Origin: Octopus vulgaris
Lineage: Eukaryota
Assembly (NCBI GenBank): GCA_951406725.2
Contig: OX597814.1
Span: 111,476,001 to 111,540,000 of the forward strand
Reading direction: 5' to 3'
Length of the DNA: 64,000 bases
Part shown: piece after piece, positions 26,036 to 37,880 of the stretch
Layout of the letters: every line of letters starts with the position of its first letter
Position numbering within the stretch: position 1 is the first letter of the stretch
Position numbers and translations under genes: made by a program
The notes under the pieces: generated by a model
Seen by the model: the letters and a program-made list of their open reading frames with translations, nothing else
Told to the model about the DNA's origin: nothing
Database searches by the model: none

Positions 26036-26090
26036 GACTGCGCAGACAGACAGGTCAGATCACGTGCTCTGATGACGTCAGTTTTCGCCT
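26036..26090 (+). promoter_or_regulatory. Candidate core promoter of the ZNRF-like gene
   Basis: Tight motif cluster: TGCGCA 26039-26044, E-box (T)CACGTG 26061-26066, perfect CRE TGACGTCA 26073-26080, overlapping Inr-like TCAGTT 26078-26083. It lies in a CpG-rich unique region 1.1 kb upstream of the ATG. Confidence 0.55.
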
Positions 26091-27162
26091 CTTTTTAGCT
26101 GTCGTCTCCCCTTCTTCCGTCACTCTCCAGCTTAGAGGAGAAGGATGTTTTGTTCCATCAATAAGTAGTTTGTAATCATGGCAGAGAGGAGGAGATCTGA
26201 TGCTGGACAATTACTGATTTCTACCACCGCCAATAATAACACCACCGTCGCCCTAACCAACAACAGCACTAATTCTACCTCTACCATCATTAGTACTACT
26301 ACTGCTACTGGAGTCATAGTGACAACACGACTGGAACACTTGCCTACCGCCGCCGCCACCATCACCACCACTCTGTTATCATTGATATTACTGTTGACGA
26401 CAGCGTCAACTGTGGCTGCCAATATTTTCTCTTTTTCCTGTTTTCATAGCAGTCTCTTGCAAAACTACCAGAGTCAGCGTTGTGTTTAGCTTTTCATCGA
26501 CGACCTCATACTTAACAAACACACTCTTACCTATCTCCATCTATTAGAAATATCTATCCTTCTTCATAACAGCCAAGCACTGTCTAGGATTTATGGTAAA
26601 GGTATACAAAAAAAAATATATAGATTTATATATATATATAAACTTATGAATAAATATATATATAATATATATTTATAAATAAACTATACATATATATATA
26701 TATATAATATATATTTGTGTGTGTTGTATGTGCGTGCGTGTTGGTGCATGTTATGTCTGATGGGATACACATTTATAAACCAGCTGGACATAAACATCAA
26801 TATATTCACATTTAGTCACTGAAGGTGAGAAAAAATAATCCAGAAAGGAATCAAAATCTTAATTGCATTCTTTTACTGTGTGATATAAATATATATAGAT
26901 AGATAGATCCCTGGCTTTCTTAATTTTGAGCAACATTCTTCCTTAAAACAACGAACACTTGTGTATACGCAGACACGTATGCTGGAGGCATTGTGTATGC
27001 GTTTAGACATAAATATATCTAAGGCATGTTTGTTAGTATTAACGGAAGAGGGAAGGGTTACAATTGAAATGTGTGGCTAGATGTCTAGCAAAGTTGCTAT
27101 CAATATCTGACCCACAGAAAAGAGAGATCTTTACATTAAAAAAAAAAAAAAAAAAAAAAAAG

Positions 27163-27526
27163 ATGGGAGCTAAACAAAGCTCAACTGGACCTCGTATGAG
27201 GACATATTCGGGCAGTGGCCAAAGTGGAACAAGTACAGGCAATGCTGGCAATTCTGGAGGGGAACTTGCTGTTGTTGGAGGCTCTGCTGGAGCAGGTCAA
27301 GCCACAGCTGCGAGGGCTCGGGCTCGAAGCTTGGGCAGTTTTCATCCATCTACAGGACATTCACCTTCTCTTAGTATACCAAATAACAACGGTTCTGGTG
27401 GAGTTAGTGGTGGGATAAGTTTGTTAGGGGCTATGTCCCCAGACTCAGATTCCAGTACACCAGAGGATGCACCATTCGGACGTTCTTTCACACATTCGTT
27501 GCCTGTACACTTATCTTTCTTCACAG
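27163..27526 (+). CDS. ZNRF1/2: First coding exon of a ZNRF1/ZNRF2-like E3 ubiquitin ligase (N-myristoylated zinc-finger/RING protein); downstream exons not in window
   Basis: ATG at 27163 gives MGAKQSSTGPRMRTYSGS...RARARSLG...SPDSDSSTPED...HSLPVHLSFFT-G. MGAKQS, RTYS and RARSLG match the N-terminus of ZNRF1/2 proteins. The exon ends at ACAG|GTACGT (phase-1 donor at 27527), where the G preceding the FKCPxCSK zinc finger is expected. Confidence 0.88.
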
Positions 27527-28930
27527 GTACGTATCCTCTATTTACTTCTACCCTTCTCTATCATAAACGTACCCTCAAAACGAAAGATTGACCCTCTTTT
27601 TTACAGCCAACCCTCGATGTAATAAAATGTGTTGGTAAATATGACGAAATACTACATACTATGTATACAATTTAGCATGTACAATGTATATATTATGGTT
27701 CTAATGTTTATTTTGATCATTTTCTGGCGCCTTCCATGCCATGACCTTTCCCCTTTTTTACTTATTCAATGTTAGTAAGGGCATCTTTGATATAGAAATG
27801 GGTTTTGTCTATGTTTCCTGGATTCTATCAAAGACATGTATTTAGTGACAATGGCATCATCAACACAGACTGAAGTACGCGCCTCATGACAACACAGGAG
27901 CAATGTGTCTGAAAGTGATGTCTTTCAAGTAAACATTTAAAAAGAAATACGGCTAATTTTGGCTAATCAACCCTTGGTTTTACTGCCTAAAACATCGTTC
28001 GATCGCTTCTTTCATATAATCAGCTTGTATTTTAATAATATCAGCGCCAGTAAATCGCAACGTGAGTTGGTTGCTTAAATATGTAGAACACACATACACA
28101 CAGACGTCTTGTCAGTCTTGTAATGTCAAATTGTCTTTCTCTTTGATTTATCAGTTTGCAAAACTAGAAACTGGAACCTTTTCAATATCTTCTAAATTAT
28201 TCTTTAAATTTCAGAAACTTGTTACTGTCCCTGGAACTTATTTATGGTATAAATACAGTATTATTGTTATTAATATGGTGCACATCTCACCATGTGTACA
28301 GAATGTATCTATCGAGACATACATATTACACCAGAATAGATTTTTTTGTGTATGTATCTGGGTAGCTCATTTATTATTGAGCAGCCTTTTTTATTTTTCC
28401 TGTTGTATAGAGAAGGGTTTGGATTGGTAATTATTTCCTGATGATGATATCAACTTCACTATTGATAAAAGGCAAAGTTTGGTTGGGGGGTGGGGGTGAA
28501 AAAAATCAACATTCTTTAAAATTACGTAATTCACACTCATGTATAGTTATTGATTAGTGTGGTATGATGATATACTCATCACTTGCGTGCGTGTGTGTAT
28601 GTATATATATATATATATATATGTAAATAAATATATATGTATGTATGTATATATAGTGTGTGTGTATATATGGAAGAGGGGGGAGGATGTAATATATAAG
28701 TGAATATATAGCACATGTGTCATATATTCTAATCTACAGACTGCACACGCACTTAACCATTGCATCTTTGTCTGTCTCTCCCACCCTCACCATTCCGTTC
28801 TGTTTTGTTTTTTTGATAAATTAAGATTTTTATCTTCGAAACAGATTCTTATTAAAGAAGCTATTATCAGTCTTACTGATAAATTTAAAGCGGCCATCGA
28901 TTAGTATTTTTTTTCTTTTGTATGTATGTA

Positions 28931-28972
<42 letters not shown>

Positions 28973-31923
28973 TACCCATTTCTCACGTTGGATTACAAAA
29001 AAATCCATGTGATTACCTTGCCTTGAATATTAATAACTTTATCTGGCTTATAATTTCCTTTTCCATGAAATAGGTATATGAATTAATTTTTTTAAGAACT
29101 CTGTTTCTCAGCCTAGATAATATAATAGTTGAATTTTAATCTTTTTCGCCTTATTTTTACTTGGATATTTCGTGATTTTATTGTATATTAAACCAAGTTT
29201 TTTTTTTAAAGATAATAATAAAATAATTAGACATTATCAGTATGTAAACATACACCTGTGAGTATAAACGTTGTAGGTTGTGTGGCTGTTTATTATCATT
29301 AATAATCTCAAGTGGAACCATAGTTAATTTGTGCGAGTTCTTTGTTGCAGTTGTTCCATCGACAGCTGTGTGCACTTGGCACCCCCTACATTAAATAGTT
29401 GTCGACTGGGGCGGCACACATCAGTCGGAAGCTCTTGTCGAATTATTACACAATAACAACAAACATTTATTAGTTTTAAATCGTTGCTCCCCGAATCTTC
29501 CTCTCCGTCGCCGGGTTTAAAAAATCTTTTTGGGCTGTCTGATACACTTTCGATCTAGAAAGGTTTTTTAAGGATCCATCGACTTTTAATTAACTGTTCA
29601 ATGTTAAACTTATTTTCTGTTGCTGAATGCTCCTCTCCCCAAAGTCTCTCAATGTGGGTTTTATTAAAACTTTTTAAAATGCTAACTCTCGGAAGTTGCT
29701 CCTACAAGTACAAACATCTGTTCATAAGGAAGCGACCTGGAAGGGTTTTGTCAACATGAAAAATCTAGACAGGACGGACGGTTAGGGAGGTGTCTATTGA
29801 TCAAAAATAAACACTCATTTACATAATTGGAACATATGGAATGGTGTTCTTTGTTATTGTACGCCATATCTCGATTACTGGAGAGTAATTATTTTCCTTT
29901 GCTTTCTACCTAACCCACAACCAGTTGGTTTGCTAACATTTGAAAACAACTTTTCGCCCAGCTTATTTAATTATTATTACATTTATCATCATTTTTGGCC
30001 ATCTAGCAGAGTTGTTTGTGCGTTGGACGAAATTCTTGGCGACGTTTCTTCCGGTTCTTTCGAATTTGCTTTTCTTCTTTACGGTGGTCGATAAAATAAG
30101 TACCAGTTGAGCATTGGGGTCGATGTAATCGATTAACCCTCTCCCCTCCCAAATTTCGGGCCTTTTGCCTATACTAGAAAGGATTATTATCATCTTGGTC
30201 TCTATCACTGACTTAACACGCGCATGTTTTATTGGGGCGTGAGGGTTTCATATTTTGGGTTTCAACGCGTTCTACTTGACTGAAAGTCACTTACTGCGAC
30301 GTAGAATTACTTTATACGACTGTTTGTTTTGTTTTCTTTTTCAGATCTTTTAAAACCTCCGAATATATTTATACGATACGTTTTTAACATTACTATCATA
30401 TAAGTTTGTGTATACATACAACAGGGTTGCTCGTAGCAGCATTATAACACCCCCAGACACACATACACACTCCAGGGGCAAATCAATACATTGAGCCCTT
30501 TAATTTTTTTTATAGCAAGCCACTACACATAGATCAGAATTGGGCCCCTGGAAAATTACTCAGTACGCCCATACTTTCAGACAGCTTTTTCTGTCTGTCT
30601 GTCTCTCTCGGATGCAGTTTGTGAGTCTAGTGTTTTGTAGTTGCCAGTGGTTAAACCGTTGTTTATATGTGTGTTTGTATATATATGTACCAAAATGGTC
30701 TCTTGAACCGTTATATTTTTTTCTAAGAATATTTGCTACTACTGGCATCATTTTACATGTAAAATGGGGATAGAAGATTGTTGGGAAGTTCGAAAGAGCT
30801 ACTCGCAATGCTGTTGTGTATTCTATGGGTACCAATGAAAGTGTTACATTGAAGTAACTGTTACACATTAAGACTTGCTTACTCCAAGCAATATTGAAAA
30901 GAACCCCATCCATCTCCTAATTACTGCTCAATTTCGCATTCTGTATATGTCAATAGGGCGCTAAATATTCACTGCTGAATAGTGGCTTGTGTGTTGGACT
31001 GGCTGTGGGTTCCGTTCCGAGACAGGGCTGTGCGCCGTGTCCTTGAGCAAGGCACTTCATTTTCGCATTGTGCTACTGGATGAGTACCAATAGTAGCTAA
31101 CGGGTGATGGAGCTGGAAAGAGGTTACCACTGTGACGTGCTGGTGTTCTGTACGTCGGGGTTAAATTTGCGCAATTTGGATCGTCTAGGGGCTCAGAAAC
31201 TGGTGTAAACCCAAGCAGCTTAATGGGCAGGTAGACCCAAGGAAGATTCTTAATACATTAATACAAGCACGATGACTATGCATATGTATGTAAATATATA
31301 TGCCTTTGTTTGTGTATTTAATATTTTTTTCTTCTCGTATTATAAGATTACTTCGTTTCTGAAGGGAAAACGATGAGTATACAAAAAAAGAATAATAATA
31401 ATTCGACTAACTTCGGGAGCTTGTTTTGTTTGCGTTATTTATATTTGGTCTTAGTGACACCCATACAACATGGGTGTGTGAACAAGTACACACTTCACCA
31501 CAGACTTATAAATAGACTCAAACGACAACTGAATAGTAACGGAAACCTGTAAAATTATATCGGTTTATGTTGATTCTGTATTGTTTGTGCGTTTAAACGT
31601 TTAAAAATATCATAAAACTTCCAAGTGCAGTCATACACTACTTAAGCTATAAAATGTAAGCTCAATGTGTAGTGAACTTGTATGTAAATGTGTGTGTATG
31701 TGTGTATATTATATATATATATATATATATATAATATTAGGGAGTATAGCTCCAAGCTTACAGGGAAAAATTCGATTTCGTATTAAATCAAATTTCACAG
31801 TATAAATATATAAAATATGAATTAGAGATATATTAATTATATTTATATTATTTGTTATTTATGTATTGGTTTATGTCTATCACTGTTTGAGTTGCATAAT
31901 AGTGGTTTTATCTCTAATTCATA

Positions 31924-31959
<36 letters not shown>

Positions 31960-34609
31960 GACAAGAGTTTAACTGACCAAAACTCCGAAATCACTGTCAG
32001 TAATATTCTCGTTTAAGAAGACTAAATTTGTACTCAGCAAAAATATGATAGAGTAACCCATCATATTAATGTAAAATTGTTTTTATTATAACTGAATCTA
32101 AAAACAAACCTGTGTGTGGCAACTAAATCTGGTCTAAACAGATTTTTATCGGATATGTTTTAACAAAAATATATTTGGATTATACAGTAAAGGCGGAAGG
32201 TAAATAGATTTAGCTATAAATCTTTTTACCTTCCGCCTTAGGTAAATAGATTTAGCTCTCAGATAAAGGAATATATTTTAAAAAGTAAATTATTTTTGTA
32301 AAAAAAATATATATAAAAAAGGCTTAAAATACGTAGTGGAATAAGTTCAGCCTCGTGAGGGCCCTGCTGCAGGAGACCTTATGATCATAGGCGTTCCAAC
32401 CGTGACTCTCGCTTTTTATTCAGACAGCGTCTCTATGGTTACTTAACGTTTCCTTACTCTTATGACAATAGAGGCTGGTAGGTATAAGGGGAATTTAGCT
32501 GCTATCTCTTGCAGGACGAACAACCTATAGGAGGCTTCCTTTGTCTCGCATAATCATCCTAACTTGTTTGGATAAGTATTCTGTTGGCGTAATACAAAAA
32601 ATTCAATGGGAATAAGACGTAGCCTAGTGGTTAGGGTATTGCATTGACGATCGCTAGACCATGGGTTCGATTCTTGAGCAAAACACTTCATTTCACATTG
32701 CTCCAGTCCACTCAGCTGTGAACGGGTAAACCCTGTTACGACACGGCCTTTCGACCGTGAAGAATGTTGGCCTGCTCGCCTAGCCAGCTGAATGGCGTCA
32801 TTCGAAAGCTAAAGCAGTGTGAAGCGCATTGTGACTAGCGATGTATAATAACATCCGATAGTCTGGTCGATATTGTGCTATATATATATATATACCTAAA
32901 CCAATGTATTCTGATCTGCCGTAGATCAGAATACATCGAGTTTGGTATATTCAAGGTTGATGCCAGGGTATTCATGCCCTAGATCAGACCTATAATATGC
33001 GCCCCCTTCTCCCAATCCCTCAGTAAGAGCCGCCTTCTCCAGTTTTCTTCAATAACATCTACGCTCGCTGGAAAATGCTGTTGAAAAATTGAGAACAAAA
33101 AATCTGTATTATGATGATGATGATCATGCATTTCACTGAGTAAATCTGTTACTGGGCAAAATTCGAAGCGTTTCACACAGTCATGTGACTGGCCACAACA
33201 CTAGCCGAGCCTCTCTCTCCACCTTCTCCACCCACCCATGTCCTTTGTCCTTCTTTGTTCTGGAAGTGATCTCACCTGCTCTCTTTATTACTAAGTTTGT
33301 GCGTCTTTAATTGGATTAACAAATTTTGTGTACATTATGTGTAGGGAGGGGGCCCTCTGCTTTTAGCACTCCAGGTAATCACCTAGTTTGTTTAGCGCAT
33401 GGTGCCGGCCCTGGGTATATTCCCAACTAAAAGCTGAATATTAAATGTGAGGTTGATAAGTTCATGACTGTACAATCAATTTTCAAATTCTACTTCAGCC
33501 TTGAAGCATTGTGGCCTTGACCAAGGCACATAACTATCCTTGTTCTAGTTGATTCAACAGGTTGTGTATATTGAATGTGTGTGTGTAAGTGGATTTCATT
33601 GACAGAAACTGAAAGAAGCCTTCATATATGTCTGTATGTATGTGTATATAATTAGGCTGTGTAGTAAGAAGTTTGCTTCCCAACCACATAGTTCTGGGTT
33701 CTTGTGAGTGGATTTGGTAGATGGAAACTGAAAGAAGCCCATTATATATATTATGTGTATGTGTCTTTGTGTTTGCTTTGCACTACTGCTTAATAATCAG
33801 TGTTGGTTTGTTTACATCCACAAAACTTAGTGGTTTGGCAAAAGAAACCAACAGAATAAATATAGTTTAAAAAAAAAGTCCTGGGATCAATTGATTCAAC
33901 TAAAATTCAAGGTGTTGCCCCAGCATGGCTGCAGTCTAATGACTAAAACAAGTAAAAGATAAAAGGCAATAACGAGGCCATATTGTAGCTTAATGGTAAC
34001 AGTTGATTTAATTGAAATTAGAAACATCGTTAGCAGTTGTGGGGTATGTAGAAGAATATGCAAGATGTCTAAGATATGCGATAATATTAACTGGAATTAC
34101 GGTGTGCAGTGCAAACCTGACCTAAAGAAAGTAAAGCATAGATATGCAATGTATCATAGGATCAATCTTGTGTCAAGAATTTAGGACTGTTTGTAATAGT
34201 TGCTGATGTATATTCTGGGTATCAGGGTAGCCAGAAAGAATAAAGAAGCAGAAACAGTTAGGTAGGTACTAAGAACTGTTTGCCAGAATTGGTATTCCAG
34301 AAACATTAGCAGTGTCTGAAAATGTCTGAATTTCATGCTGATGTACATAGATTGATAAGATCAGGTATCATCATCATCATCATCGTTTAACGTCCGTTTT
34401 CCGCGCTAGCACGGGTTGGACGGTTTCGACCGGGGTCTGGGGAGCTCGGGACTGCCCCAGGCTCCAGTCTAGTCTGGCAGTGTTTCTACAGCTGGATGCC
34501 CTTCCTAACACCAACCACTCCGCGAGTGTAGTGGGTGTTTTTTATGTGCCACCTGCACAGGTGCCAGAGGGGTCTCGCATCGGCCACGTTCGGATGGTGC
34601 TTTTTATGG

Positions 34610-35392
34610 GGGGGGGGTGCAGAAATATAGGGGAGCACCAGTGGGAGGGGTGGTTCAGAGGACAGGTTCTAGGCAAGTAGAACGTAGGATATCGAGAGAG
34701 GGGTAATGAATGGTGAATAGCGTATTGAAGAGGGGGGTTCAAAGAGTAGACACCTATAATGGTGGGGTGGTGGGGCAGAAATATAGGGGAGCACCAGTGG
34801 GAGGGGTGGTTCAGAGGACAGGTTCTAGGCAAGTAGAACGTAGGATATCGAGAGAGGGGTAATGCATGGTGAATAGCGTATTGAAGAGGGGGTTCAAAGA
34901 GTAGACACCTATAATGGTGGTGGGGGGTGCAGAAATATAGGGGAGCACCAGTGGGAGGGGTGGTTCAGAGGACAGGTTCTAGGCAAGTAGAACGTAGGAT
35001 ATCGAGAGAGGGGTAATGCATGGTGAAATAGCGTATTGAAGAGGGGGGTTCAAAGAGTAGACACCTATAATGGTGGTGGAGGGGTGCAGAAATATAGGGG
35101 AGCACCAGTGGGAGGGGTGGTTCAGAGGACAGGTTCTAGGCAAGTAGAATGTAGGATATCGAGAGAGGGGTAATGCATGGTGAAATAGCGTATTGAAGAG
35201 GGGGTTCAAAGAGTAGACACCTATAATGGTGGTGGGGGGTGCAGAAATATAGGGGAGCACCAGTGGGAGGGGTGGTTCAGAGGACAGGTTCTAGGCAAGT
35301 AGAACGTAGGATATCGAGAGAGGGGTAATGCATGGTGGAATAGCGTATTGAAGAGGGGGGTTCAAAGAGTAGACACCTATAATGGTGGTGGG
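34610..35392. repeat. Tandem array, 5 near-identical ~155-bp units
   Basis: GCAGAAATATAG recurs at 34619, 34775, 34929, 35086 and 35241. Confidence 0.95.
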
Positions 35393-35467
35393 AGAAACGA
35401 CATCCGGTATAGTTGGAGCAAAATAGAGATATCCGGTATTGGTGGTGGGGGTGGGTAGGCGCGCGCG

Positions 35468-36408
35468 CCGCGAAGAATCGGCAGCCAATTTCTAATCAGC
35501 CCTGTAAGGGAGATAGATCTTAAATATCTATAACGATAACTAGTGAATTATACAGAATATGCAAAAACGAGGCGAGGCTGAAATAGTAAACAGAGTGGCG
35601 ACTAGGGGGATCAGAATAATAATAATTAATAAATAATAATAATAAATAGAGATACGGATGAATTAAAGTTCAAAGATTTCTTATCTTGGGATCACTTCGT
35701 TTACGGACAGACTTGGCAAAAGGAATTCGGAATCAAGAATGAGGCAGGTTACTAGCTTAAGTATGCATAGCCATGGCGAGGGGTAGGAAGAGAGGAGTCC
35801 AGACAGACGACAATGTAAAAAGAGGGGGAGAGAAGGGAAGAGAAAACCCCGCGAAGAATCGGCAGCCAATTTCTAATCAGCCCTGTAAGGGAGATAGATC
35901 TTAAATATCTACAACGATAACTAGTGAATTATACAGAATATGCAAAAACGAGGCGAGGCTGAAATAGTAAACAGAGTGGCGACTAGGGGGATCAGAATAA
36001 TAATAATTAATAAATAATAATAATAGAGATACGGATGAATTAAAGTTCAAAGATTTCTTATCTTGGGATCACTTCGTTTACGGACAGACTTGGCAAAAGG
36101 AATTCGGAATCAAGAATGAGGCAGGTTACTAGCTTAAGTATGCATAGCCATGGCGAGGGGTAGGAAGAGAGGAGTCCAGACAGACGACAATGTAAAAAGA
36201 GGGGGAGAGAAGGGAAGAGAAAAAAACCCCGCGAAGAATCGGCAGCCAATTTCTAATCAGCCCTGTATGGGAGATAGATCTTTAATATCTATAACGATAA
36301 CTAGTGAATTATACAGAATATGCAAAAACGAGGCGAGGCTGAAATAGTAAACAGAGTGGCGACTAGGGGGATCAGAATAATAATAATTAATAAATAATAA
36401 TAATAAAT
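35468..36408. repeat. Tandem array, 2.5 near-identical ~380-bp units
   Basis: CCGCGAAGAATCGGCAGCC recurs at 35468, 35849 and 36229. Confidence 0.95.
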
Positions 36409-37161
36409 AGGTATAAGTTTATGAAAATGGTTTCATGTCATCCAGAATCAAATAAAGCTGCTGTAAAAAAAAAAAGAAAGAAAATGGTCTGTAAGTGTTA
36501 AAATGAGTTTGACTGTATACTCAGTGTTGAGGTTCTGTTGATGCATTTTTGAGGTGCATTGCTGTCTGACAATTCTTCACTCAAGAAGTCTTCTTAATCC
36601 ATCTGCTTTGATGGGCAGATGCAAGTGTGGCTTTGCAGTTAGGAGATTAATTTCCTTAGCATGTGGTTTTTGTGTTTACTCTCACTGTTTAGCCCCTTGG
36701 TAGTATCTTCTATAGCATGGAATCAATTAAAGCTTTGAGTGGATTTGGTAGACCAAAAGTGAAAGGAACTCGTGTGTGTGTGTATGCAAACTCACACATG
36801 CACACAACTGAAGAAAGCCATCGTGCAAACTCACACATGCACACAACTGAAGAAAGCCATCAAGGAAATAGGCACAGCAGCTGAAGATAGCTCAAGATAG
36901 CAGCTATTGTCGATAGGAGGCCATAAGTGGAACCCTTCTGTAAGTGAAGACTAGGTCAGTCCTTGCTGCCCCATGTAGGTGAAGCATACTGACTAAGGGG
37001 CGAAGTGCTTGTGACCCTGAGGTATCTGTTAACGATGTAGAAAGGTTTCCAGCATTGCAATGGATTTAGAAGAGCTTGTAAAACCTCTGACTAGCTCCTG
37101 CAATATCTGCATGGGGCACAGTATCTCTGATGTTTATTTCATCTATATTAATACACACACA

Positions 37162-37394
37162 CAGGATTGGCCAGAAGTCCCACGGCAGTAAATCAAAATT
37201 CCATAAATACTATCTGTAATTCTGTGTTGACTTGAATGGGAAAATGCATCGCTCAAGAAAGACTTCAGTTTGAACAGTTTTCATGATGTTTCATATTTAG
37301 ATGCTTTTATTAAATTCAATCGGTTGTTAAACATAGATAAATCTTGGAATTTAATGGTTTTGATTTACTGTCAGGTGACTTTTGGTCGACCTTG
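37162..37394. mobile_element. Tc1/mariner-type MITE
   Basis: Degenerate TIRs CAGGATTGGCCAGAAGTC..CAGTAAATCAAAA / TTTTGATTTACTG..GACTTTTGGTCGACCTTG|TA. Confidence 0.6.
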
Positions 37395-37574
37395 TATATA
37401 GTAAATGAAAGATGGATGATGGAATATGAGAATTATTGATCACAACAATTGTTCCAACACATCTAGCATCTTCCGTCTTTCATTTGCCATATACATAACA
37501 GTTACTCTGAAAGTGACCGTGCTTTACCAGTAAACTGCCAAGGGTAAACCATTGGTTTTATTATCTAATATATA

Positions 37575-37844
37575 TAAAGAATAAAATGTTTTGAATGGTA
37601 CAACAATGCACTGTGATACAAACAATGGGCTATATACCTGTTGTAATTTAACCATCCATAGTCAGATATCCCTAGGAATTGATGGGATATCTGAGGAAGG
37701 AATTTTATTCTGAAATATTATCAGACTATGGATGACTAAATTACAACAGGTATATAGCCCAGTGTGTGTATTATAGTGCATTGTACCATTCAAAACATTT
37801 TATTCTTTACAAACAATACACAATGCTTCAAGCAAACTACAATA

Positions 37845-37848
<4 letters not shown>
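37575..37848. mobile_element. Fold-back element with hammerhead-like core, in TA-repeat context
   Basis: Arms 37575-37667 / 37719-37809. CTGAGGA-A-GGAAT-TTT-ATTCT-GAAA at 37691-37715. Unpaired tail 37810-37848. Confidence 0.65.

Positions 37849-37880
<32 letters not shown>

Larger units (their letters stand above)
34369..36408 (-). mobile_element. Composite retro-insertion: 2.5 x ~380-bp units, spacer, 5 x ~155-bp units and RTE 3' tail, flanked by AGGTAT TSD
   Basis: AGGTAT at 34363-34368 and 36409-36414. (ATC)n tail and CpG-intact RTE UTR at 34369-34607. Confidence 0.7.
33990..36470 (+). mobile_element. Ty3/Gypsy integrase remnant split by a 2-kb insertion
   Basis: IEIRNIVSSCGVC (zinc finger), LFVIVADVYSG and ARIGIPETL before 34368. 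DKIRY|KFMKMVSCHPESN (HPxSN motif) resumes at 36409. Confidence 0.7.

Noticed and set aside
27064-27591. 175-aa ORF as the whole protein
   Set aside because: The N-terminal extension is a TTG-start read-through of the A-tract and would block myristoylation. The C-terminal part runs through the splice donor at 27527.
34610-36408. CRISPR-like array or hammerheads in the tandem units
   Set aside because: Units are contiguous with no unique spacers and the context is eukaryotic. CTGATTA on the minus strand has no matching GAAA core.
36880-37110. Possible RTE 5'-UTR / HDV-like ribozyme remnant
   Set aside because: The nested double pseudoknot could not be assembled by eye.
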